DNA of 59,923 bases, filler included, from Basidiobolus ranarum (lineage: Eukaryota): the NCBI GenBank assembly GCA_040143965.1. It is 10 parts of 10 records of this genome, joined end to end, with 100 filler letters (N's around TTAATTAATTAA, not from the genome) between each part and the next. Parts side by side here need not be neighbours in the genome. Positions count along the whole stretch, not along the records: positions 36,044 to 41,941 come from JASJQH010008346.1; positions 42,042 to 47,939 come from JASJQH010008347.1; positions 48,040 to 53,931 come from JASJQH010008348.1; 7 more parts are not named here. One strand, 5' to 3'. The notes under the pieces were generated by a model. The model saw only the letters and a program-made list of their open reading frames with translations, ran no database searches and was not told the origin of the DNA. Below, piece after piece: positions 38,360-48,610 of this stretch (positions are counted from its first letter, which is position 1; each line of letters starts with the position of its first letter). The position numbers were made by a program, and so were the translations under genes.

Positions 38360-40650
38360 TGCAACCAATTGGTAAGGAGACTTGCTGGTATTGCCAACAA
38401 GATGATTTGACTGTAGTCTAAGCGATAATTCCTCATTATGTGTACAGATATTAAGTGCTAGGGGATATTTATTTTGTTTAATAATGATTCTGGCTTGAAA
38501 GACAGAAGACAATTTTCGATGGCTTCTTCTGACTTCTCTAATAGATGATATAGAAGCACTCGATGTCCGGTGTACCATATTAACTTCAGTTTCAATAGTA
38601 TTCATCGTTTTCCATTTTGAACCAATCATGCGCAAATAAAACTTGTACTGATTCTCAACATATTGTAACAAGGTATTTGCTTTTCGAGATGTTGAAGATG
38701 TCCCAGATGATTGAGTTCCACTTGTAAAAGGTCACTGGAGAATTTTAAGGCGGTTTTTTCATTTAGGTATTTAAGAAGTCCATAGTTGATACTATTCTGA
38801 AGAATCATTGACGGGTATCTTTGGTACGCTTGAGTGTATCAATCACAGGGTTGTTTGGCTGAGCTAATGGCAATAGGATACATGATTATAAACCAACCAA
38901 CAGTTATAGAAACATCCATTAAATCTTCCCAAGGTTCCTGCCCATGCTCCTCGGTAGCAATAGTGGGTGATTTGGCATTAAAAACTGTACGGTAAGAAGC
39001 TTCAAGTAAAGAAAGCATAGAGTCTATGGCCTCCATTCTGTAAGCATCTTTACTAACATCAAACAAACATTTTGTATACTCCTCTTCTAAGGAAAAAGAC
39101 AGCATGTGTACTGTTTCTATAGCATTCAACTATATCTTCAATACGTCAGTGAAAATTGAAACGACTTTGAACTTGGAGAATATTTCTTTTCTGATCGTTG
39201 GTATATTTAACCTGGAACTGCTCAACATTAATGTTGAGATCAACAGTCATTTACTTGAGAAAAGTGTACGCATAGCATAGTATGATGTTTGGTGAGCCCA
39301 TGGAGTGCCCCCTTGAACCGGCATTTTTAAATAAAGGTTTCTACAGTTTTACTAATGATAGAACGAGTCGCCGATACCAATATGAGAATACTCAATATTT
39401 GGTACGTCCGCGCATGCCTTTTGCAGGATTTTTCAATGGGAGAATACGTGCCAAATTCTTTGTAGCAATTTGAAAGCAGCCATACCACTGTTGTTGATGG
39501 GAATTCTAGTAAGGGTTAAATAGGTATCATGTATGGAGGTAACCTCTTTCAAGCAAAGGTCTGGACATCCTTCAGTGTTGAGCCGATTCTTTCATTCCTG
39601 TGAATCCAAAGGTAAATATAACATAGCAGAGATTGAAAGAATTTAGTTGAGGAACGATGGGATTTACTTCTAAATCTGGAGTGATCTCGACCGTATCTCT
39701 ATCTAATAATACCAATCGAATGTTGGAGCATTCTATGAACACACTCTCCGAATCACTCGTAATTAATCCAACAGTTACTTTGGTTTCTAATATCCTAGAG
39801 GTGCGTTGAGATTCTTTTCAAGCCATCCAGTTGCATATGCGACAAGCTAGATCACATAGAATTGTGGGGTTAGCTACAGGTACACAAAATAGTTCACCAT
39901 TAGGAGTAGAGTACCTGAGAATTACCATCCATATTGAATGTCGACTCTCCGTTCGTGAAGATGACGGATGTATTGAATAAGTCATCCATCTCAGCTGATG
40001 AATCTTCGGTGCTTCTGTATTGATTAATGGTGTATCCGTCAACGACTGAAGTCACTCAGCGGCCAGGAGAGTTTCGATATTTTCATCAGAGATTGACTGA
40101 AACATCTTCAGTTCAGCAAGAATCGAACCCGATCCCTGTCTATAGACATCAGCACTGAAGGCAATGTCAGAATTTCTGGTATATAGGTGAAGTAGAACGA
40201 TCCAAACCGCGTGTAGTCATGTTTTTTCAACCTTTGGGATGTTTTCAAAACTTTATGTTCATAGAGTGGGTCCATAAAGGGGATATCCGGCTTAATGAAC
40301 TAAAACGAGTATCCCTCGTTAGTGCTGGATGCTTCATTGTTTGATAATTGGGAGAAAAAGCGAGCGTTTGCAGAGAATGATTTCATAGTAACTAATATCG
40401 CTTCTTGAATAATTTCTAAGGAAACTTTGATGTATATTTTATAAGCATCAGAATTCACCTCTGGTCTCGCTTTACACTACATTTAGGTTCCCTATGTGTA
40501 AATTGATTATACTAGCAGTATGGCTATATTCATACTACAGCACTCAGTGTACGTACGACGCTTACCTTACTGCTCCATAAGTATTTTCGATTGTGCGTAG
40601 TTGACAGAAAATGCCGAGCTGGACCATTGTATAGGTATTCATGATGAAAC
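38360..40650 (-). pseudogene. Fragmented non-ribosomal peptide synthetase relic (condensation, partial adenylation and epimerization-like domains)
   Basis: C-domain-like AVWIVLLHLYTRNSDIAF and LFNTSVIFTN; A3-like NLCYVIFTFGFTG (about 39600-39635); E-domain-like TEEHGQEPWEDLMDVSITVGWFIIMYP, INYGLLKYL and ELNHLG. Many stops, frameshifts and large deletions. Confidence 0.8.
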
Positions 40651-42041
40651 GTCTTTCCAAACCAATTTCAATACTAGAACTGTTCAACCCTTACTTGACT
40701 GGTTCACAACATTACTAATATTCTAAATTAACTTAAAAGCGTTGAAATATCTACTCAGTATAGTTTGAATTTACATATATGTACTTAGTGCAATAGCACT
40801 CGTATTACAATCAAGTCCTAAGAACCAACTTTTCTCTTGGAATAGATCCAATTTATCAGAGATAAAGATAAGTCGAATAGACAAGCCACTAGTTATAGGT
40901 TGTGACGCAATGGACATCAACTGGCCGTTGATCAGCGTACCTCTTGAGTGAGGGCCACTTGGTGAATACTGCCTAATACATTTGACTGTAATTTAACCGA
41001 AGACTACACGAGATGAAGTGATTTTCTTGAGCGTACAATGAGAGATTTATACTGAGAGAGGATGAGCGCTGTATAATTTAAGGAATCATCTGACCCCTAA
41101 AAGCCGATTCAGAGGTGGCATAAGATGTACAGTAATACAAAGTGATCTTCAACCTGACGAGAATCCACTAGATTTGAGTGTATTTGGTGGGGTAGAGTAT
41201 GGAGTAATAAATTGATGAATATGCACTTTTATGCTGGGAACTTGGAAACTGGCATAAGTAAGGGTATGGGCATAAGTAGGTCAGGAGTGAAATACCAAAT
41301 CAGATTCATTAGTCATGTGATAACAGAAGTACTTCTCCCAGGGCGAAGACTAGGCAGAGTGAGAGTTGGTAGCATTAATAACAATGATTGTCATCATTGG
41401 TGAGAATTGAATAAGCCCCATTTTGATACAATATCAACTTGATGGGAAAATACTAGGAAAAGATTTGCACCAGAGGATGTAGTGACCCAGGATCATTGTT
41501 ACCTAAATACATGTACTGGATACAGTGGTTGATTAGGATTCCTTCTTACGGTATTTGGAGGCCGAGTTACGATGACATAGAGATACATTCAGAGTATTGA
41601 GTATTCATCAATTCCCCTATTCGTGGTCAAATCCTGGGGAAACTTCATGATCTTCTTGGTGAGGTATTCTCAGGCCTTGAACTCAGCAGTATAACCTGGG
41701 CATGATTTGTACGAGAGACTACTCCAATCATGATCGACATTTGGTACTATATACTGATGAATCACTTTCATTAATGATTTATTCTAGGTCTGGAAACATA
41801 ATCGAATATTCAATTTGTTAATTATTAGATTGAGAGGCTTGATTCGATCACATCTCTAGAACAAGTATCCTCCTTACATCGTCCAGTGAACTATGTTACT
41901 CTCATGGGGGGGGGGGTTAATAACAGAAGGGGGGGTGTTACNNNNNNNNNNNNNNNNNNNNNNNNNNNNNNNNNNNNNNNNNNNNTTAATTAATTAANNN
42001 NNNNNNNNNNNNNNNNNNNNNNNNNNNNNNNNNNNNNNNNN

Positions 42042-42758
42042 TTTTCACCTAAGATATAGCCTATTTGCCAGACTCTTAGCCTCATATAGTCCCTCAAGTG
42101 TTTCACAAGCATTTTGTACATTTTTGGCTGATTGTATGTGCCTCAATTGAGAATCTCTGAGATGTAGACAAAGTGTAGAGAGTGCTTTCCTCTGCTTCTT
42201 TTGATAGGCAAGGATAGCTTCTGGTGGTCCCTTTGGCTTTATTTCTTCTCCTGTAACAAATCCCCAAAGGTCCTTGTCTTCTAGCATCATTTGCATCTTG
42301 AACCTCCAAAGGTGAAAGTCTTTACCATCAAACTTCTCTGTGCATACAATCATTGGTAATAGTACTGGTAGACATTCCATTAACAGCTAGCTTGGGGCTC
42401 ATAACCTGATAAAAGTGTTTAGGGGATTTGGAAGTATTTTGGACAAGATTTGGATTTGTGTATTAGAAACTTGAGTTTTATTGAATCAAATATGTCCTAT
42501 TTATAGTTTACTATGAAATAGGACTATTGGACATGCTTAGATCATAACACACATGCCTGTTAAGTGTGGGTGAAAATTTGAGATGATTTGGAGAATCTTT
42601 GAGAAAATAGTGAAAATTGGCAATAGTGATCTAATTGATATTTCTATCAGTTAGAGCAATAAACACATATTTTTGAATAACAGAATTGAGTGCTAAATAT
42701 TCAGAATAAGAATAAACTAACTACTAAATAATGATTTGCTACTTACCTAATTCCAACA
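42042..42758 (-). mobile_element. Copia family A 5' end: LTR (42407-42758, 352 bp), PBS (42395-42406) and gag
   Basis: LTR TGTTG..TCA followed by an exact GGTTATGAGCCC, then EKFDGKDFHLWRFKMQMMLEDKDLWGFV..KSLANRLYLR. Confidence 0.93.
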
Positions 42759-44160
42759 AGGACAATAAAACATGTGTTTTTGGTTCTCTACCATCAGAGA
42801 AAAAGCCAATAGGTTGCAAGTGGGCCTACAAAGGCAAAAACCAAGCTGATGAAACCCCAGAAAGATACAACACAAGATTAGCAACAAAGGATATCCCCAC
42901 GCTTCAGGAGTTGATTGTAAAGAAATGTTTGCTCCAGTAGCTAATTTAGCTTGATTCGATCTATCCTGGGACACTCAGTTATCCATAAACTTGATTATCA
43001 TCAAATCAATATAAAAATAGCCTTTCTGAATGGAAATTGAAAAGAAGTGATCTATATGGAGCAACCAGATGGGTTTGTTGACTTAGTCAACCCTGATATG
43101 GTCTGTAAACTACACAAATTGCTATATGCATGCAAGCAAGCAAGCATCCTGGGCATGGTGCCATTAGATGGATCCTATTTTGGATTGCAGGAATTCTAAA
43201 CATGGACAGCAGACCTTGGTATTTTCATCAAAACAACTAGAAATAAGATCCTGATGTTGGCACCATATGTGGATGACTGGATCATAGGCAAAATGTTCTA
43301 GAAACACTTAATCAGATGAAAAAAGCACATCAAACCAATTTCAGATAAACAATACAGGTGAGAGATAAATCCAATCATAAAATCACACTTATTTAGCCAA
43401 GACACATCCTAGACATCCTAAAATGCTTCAACATGGAGAATAGCAGGCAGGTATCAACACAAATCAATCCCAATGTAATCAAAACTTCACCTTATTTGCT
43501 CAAATGACTTGGATCATAGCCAGGATTTCCCAGTTCAATCCATGGTGGATAATATAATACATACAATGGTTGGAACATGCTGAGACATTTCTTTAGCAGT
43601 GGGAACTATCAGCCAACATCTCAAAAATCTAGGATCTGAGCACAAAACTGCAGCAACTGGGTACACTTTTCTCTATAGTAATGGAGCTATAACTTGGATT
43701 AGTAAGAAGCAACCAACTATAACACTTTCCACTGGAGAAGCAGAGTATATGGATGCCTGTGTTAACACACAAGAAGCTATGTGGTTTAGGAAGTTATTTA
43801 CAGACTTAGGATACCTGCAAAAACAAGCTATAACTCTATATGCAGATAAACAAAGTTGTATTTTTGTGGCTAAAATCCTTACATTTTATGGTAGAACAAG
43901 ACATAAAGATATTAGACATTATTTGGTTAGAGAAGCAAAAAGGGAATGATAAAATTAAACTTGTCTATTGCCCTTACAAAGAGACAATTGCAGGCATCTT
44001 AACCATTTGCTACAGCACAATTTGACTAACTAAGACACAAGTTAAATTCAAGAGAAAAACAGCATTATTAGTAGAGTGGGAATGTTGAAATTAGGTAAGT
44101 AACAGCTCATTATTTGGAAATTAGTTTACTCTGATTCTGATTTTTTAACACTAATTCTGC
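42759..44160 (+). mobile_element. Copia family A RT/RNase H relic with PPT (44074-44082) and start of the 3' LTR (44083)
   Basis: KKPIGCKWAYK, IYMEQPDGF, WISKKQPTITLSTGEAEYM and DIRHYLVRE, followed by GAGTGGGAA-TGTTGAAA. Confidence 0.88.
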
Positions 44161-44559
44161 TGCTATAACTTCTGAAAGTTCTCTACAATAGCTGTGCTTG
44201 ATGAAGATCTCACCAATTTGCAAGAAACTAAAAGATTCTCATATATGTCCATGGTTTAATCCAAGCAACCACTGCTAATATCCTAGTTAATGAAGCTTTT
44301 TTATTTTTGGATTGTTTTTTTGCTGATTTGTGATGCTCGAATACATGTGCTCCCAAATAAATTCTAATCAAATAATGCAGCATTGAATTTTGTTCCCATC
44401 ATTATTTCTATTCCAAGTGAAGTTGGCTGCTTGAATGGAAATGGTATTTGACTTTTCATAGAATAAGATTGGGTATTCACCTGACTTTTGATTCTAATGT
44501 TGAAATGAATATAGTATGTGTTGGACAATGCTTAAGTGGGTTCTTGCTAGGAAAGGAGT

Positions 44560-46136
44560 TCTGCATAATACCAAATTAAAGTATACTATATGGAAGCTCA
44601 TGAAATGTTGACCAAGGAAGGTAATATTAGCATTTTACTGGTAAGAAGTTAAGTGCATGTTACTTTTGTAAAAAGTTTTTGTCAGTCTTATAGTGGATGC
44701 ATTTTGCTCATAAATAGGTGGGCAATTTATAGCAACTCTCATAAGACTATTAGTAAGTGCTTCAGAGAGGTTTTCCTGTTCAGAGAAATTACTTGGCAAC
44801 AATAAAACTATGTACCCACTGTAACACTCATGGTATTACCAATGTACATGATGGCTATACTATCGTTATGTGAAAAGGCAAGGTTCTTTTGAGACCGTAT
44901 ATGATCATGCATTTGCATTGGCTCTGGATGGTTTCTCACTAAGCAAATATATTGTTTGAAAGGCTTGCAGGTCAACAATATTTATCAACTACAATCTTCT
45001 TCCTTTTGAATAGTACAAGAGTCATATTATTTTGAAACTATCCCTCATATCTTGGCCTAACTCACCAGTGCTTATAGATAGCTTCTTAGAGCCTTTGATT
45101 GTGAAATTTGGACAGCTATCCAATGGGGTTCAGATGTTTGAATACTTTATTAAAGCAAATATCATTGTGGGTATTGGTGACACTCCTGCCATCAGCTAAC
45201 TTGAAGGTTTGTGTGGGCACAATGTAGTATCTTGCTGTAGATTTTGTCAAATCAATGTAGTTTACTCTAGCAGGCATATGCATTACTACTATCTAAATGT
45301 AACACTGACTCCATGCTTTTACCATCAAGAGCCTGGTCAGATTTCAACATGCTCACTGATATCAATTCACCAAATAGTCAGTTCAATATCAAACTTGATA
45401 TTAGCTGTAAGCCTAAGTTTATATTGCTAATGGGGATCAGCTGGACCCAGAGCTTCCCATTAGGCAAAATGTACTTATTATTTTACAACAATCTAACACT
45501 ACTTACTCAGTGGTATAGTGGAAAATTCAATATGAATGAGGAATTCAAGATAGGACCAAAGTTCAAGTTAATTGGCAATATGCTTGAAAGTGTCAAGATA
45601 CCATTGGATTTTACCAGAACTCCTATCAATATCCACTCATGTAGGCCTTTGTTCAAATGCAAAGACTGGAAGTATTGGATTTGTATTTATTCAAGTGGAA
45701 TTTTGAAATGATTTCTGCCTGATAAGTATTGGCAACATTGGGAGTTGTTTGTGGATATTGTTATTGGATGTGTTCTCTGTGATAGTGTTAGAGTTAGCTG
45801 TATATATCATATTGGATAATTTATTCTAAAATATATGCGGCACAATTTGGTCAGTTATTTGAGTAAGTACCCTCATAATTTGGACTAATTTGTGTGTGTA
45901 ATTATCTGATGGTATTTCTAGGAAAGCTGCAAGACAAACTTTTTGGTGAAATACATCCAGATCCGCAGTATTATTGTTTTAGCCATGTTGTAATCTACTC
46001 AAGCAATGATACATATGCTTGTGGCAGGACATTTTGTTAACTTCAAGTTGGGGATATGTTGGCTGAATTCTTTACGGAAATTGGCCAAAATTGAAGTGGC
46101 CATTCTCATTGTGAATGGTAACAAGAGTTGGCTATT
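44560..46136 (+). mobile_element. CACTA-like Tnp2 (Transposase_21-type) transposase relic
   Basis: Homologous to 58270-58900 (AFALALDGF..PVLIDSFLEPL..GDTPAIS..GHN..CRFC) and continues IPLDFTRTP..FKCKDWKYWICIYSSGILK..KYWQHWELFV. Confidence 0.85.
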
Positions 46137-47345
46137 TGCCCTAACAAAAATTTGAGGATTGTTATTGTAGGAAAACCATCAAAATTTTAATATATTTTGG
46201 ATTGACTGTTTACTTATCATCATAAAACCATCAAGTTAGGTTTGATTTTTATCAATTTTTTCAGTTTCTGCAGTGAGGTTTCAAGGTTTCACAAAATAGT
46301 TGCATATGATTGGTTAAAATCGCAGAGAACTATGGATCAATGCATGTGCAAAAACATAACTCAAATTTTACATATTTGCCACTTGAACACTAATTTGTCA
46401 CCTTCAAAATTCCTAGTTTCTTTGATGTATTCTGCTGAAAATATTTACATATGTGCATGGTCAACCCCAGACTGAATGACAAGTTGAATGTTCTTCTTCT
46501 GAAGCCACTTTCTGCATACTTGCACTGTATTTTCCCTCATACTTTTATAAATACTCCTCTAGCACTTTTACTATTGTCATATGTCCTTGAAGTGTAACAC
46601 TACTCAGGGTACTTTGTGATGTTAATGCAGCTTTTTGCTTTCCTTCAACTTTGGGGCCAATTTCAAACCTTTGAAAAGTACCAATTGAGGTTGGAGAGCC
46701 ATGAGTTTTATTTGCGGGTGTTTTGGCATGTTGAGAGGTGCCAGGCGTTGGATCAACTGTCAGATCTAGCACTCTTCCAACTAGTGTACCTGGTTCCATG
46801 GTGAAATTAAGCTATTTGCAAGTATATCTGACTCTGGAAATGCAGATCTTTGTGATGATGGGCAGAGTTTGGGAAGTGGGACAGCTGAGCCTAAGCTCAA
46901 TGGCTCCTTTGCTTCTCCCTTGTGTTTACTAACTTCCTGCTGCTTCAGTGCTTTTTTAGCAGCTTTTCTTTCTTTTCCAAGTTAATAATTGTGTACATTT
47001 TTGGGATGTTGCATGAATAGGCCTGTACTAGCCCAATTGCTATTTGCTAGCAAAAATGCAAGATAAGCAACATGACAAAGTCAAGAACCTTCAGAGTAAT
47101 GCCTGGGTTTTGGTTTTTACAAGATTGGCTCAAATCCATGTTATTTTGGGCATGATTCTGCACAGTTTCCAAAATATTAAATCACTCATCATCAGAGCAA
47201 GTGATGGCAGCTGTGACACTCAGAGTCTTTTGATTTGGCAGTTTTCCCATGAGATTTCTACTTTCATGTGCCCAAGCAATTTCAGGTCATTGTGTAGGCT
47301 TGATGGTCCACACATATTCTTCTCAGTTAGATTGTCATGGTGCCA
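46137..47345 (-). mobile_element. CACTA-like element left end and ORF2 relic
   Basis: Starts with the left-end motif CCCTAACAAAAATTTGAGG (compare 17348) and is colinear with 55625-56745. Confidence 0.75.
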
Positions 47346-47740
47346 TTGTAGCGTTGGAAATATTCCAACAATACCTTGCACATAATAATTAGGAAGAATT
47401 CCATCTATTGCTATCTTTTAATATTTTCACAGATCAAGAAAAAGAACAAGAATATTTGATTGCTCATAGTTGCATCAATACTTAGCTTACTATGGTAGCT
47501 CTAGCTGCAATTGGAAATTCCTGAAGTAGAGCTTTGCAACCATACAAGAATCATAAGAGTTGATCAGTTATTGGTGGAGCTTCAACCATTTCAAAATTGC
47601 CAACACAAAAATCAACACTAGCATATATTCAGAACATAGGAATTCAGGACCTCAAAATTCTCACAAAATTAGCACTAACTTTTGAACCAGCCAATAGATT
47701 CTCTTCAAACTTTGCACAGAGCTGCAACATTACCAGGAAA

Positions 47741-47812
47741 TTGGATGTAGCCAAGCAGGTAAGGCATCGTAGTTTGAGTTCGACATCGGGGGTTCGAGTC
47801 CCTCCATCCAAA
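47741..47812 (+). tRNA. trnQ: tRNA-Gln(TTG), organellar/bacterial type (probable mitochondrial DNA)
   Basis: Manual cloverleaf: perfect acceptor stem TTGGATG/CATCCAA, D-arm TAGCCAAGCAGGTAAGGC, anticodon TTG at 47774-47776 (one stem mismatch), T-arm GGGGG-TTCGAGT-CCCTC. No encoded CCA. Confidence 0.85.
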
Positions 47813-47820
47813 CTGTAGAG

Positions 47821-47939
47821 CCCACCTTCGCCAATATCGATCGCTGAATCCCCCCCCGCTATTATTCAGCGATGCGGTTCTATCCCCCCCCCGATCCCTT
47901 TGGGCGGCGAACTGGGGGCCCCCTCCCCCCCCCCTCCCC
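47821..47939. repeat. GC-rich nested hairpin cluster
   Basis: Perfect 10-bp inverted repeat at 47840-47849/47864-47873 inside TTCGCC/GGCGAA (47827-47832/47906-47911), with long C runs. Confidence 0.65.
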
Positions 47940-48258
47940 NNNNNNNNNNNNNNNNNNNNNNNNNNNNNNNNNNNNNNNNNNNNTTAATTAATTAANNNNN
48001 NNNNNNNNNNNNNNNNNNNNNNNNNNNNNNNNNNNNNNNAACAAGAAAGATTGGTTTTCCTGCTTAAAACCAGTCAAAACAAGGAAGGTCTACTTAGGTA
48101 TTGACTATTTGATAGATGCAGTTGGCAAGGGCACAGTTGTGCTCAATTTAGACCTAAATTCAGCAACATCATCTGCAAAATTGGATGATGTGTTCTATAT
48201 GCCAAATATTGCCAAGAATCTACTCCTAGTAAGCCAAGCAACAACTTGAGGACTAAAA

Positions 48259-48610
48259 TGTTAAAATTAGGTAAATAGCAACTGATTATTTAGTAGCTAG
48301 CTTATTCTTAATCTGATTATTTAGCACTCAACTCTGTCATTAAAAAACATGTGTTCATTGCTCTAATTGATAGAAATATCAAATAGAATACTTTTACCAA
48401 TTTTACTATTTTCTCAAAAACTTCTCCAAATCATCTCAAATTTTCACTCATGCTCAACAGGCATATTTGTTATGCTCTAAACATGTCTAATAGTCCTAGT
48501 TCATAGTAAACTATAGACAGGACATAATCAACTTGATAAAACTTAAGCATCTAAGTCATAAATCCAAGTCTTGTCCAAAACACTTCCAAGTCCCTTAAAC
48601 GCTTTAATCA
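48259..48610 (+). repeat. Copia family A LTR (352 bp) followed by PBS GGTTTTGAGCCC (48611-48622)
   Basis: TG..CA ends; colinear with 51640-51990 and with the reverse complement of 42407-42758. Confidence 0.9.

Noticed and set aside
41905..41941. G-runs followed by TGTTAC, resembling a gypsy PPT and LTR start
   Set aside because: Only 6 nt follow before the contig ends and no pol sequence lies upstream; homopolymer runs at contig ends are unreliable.
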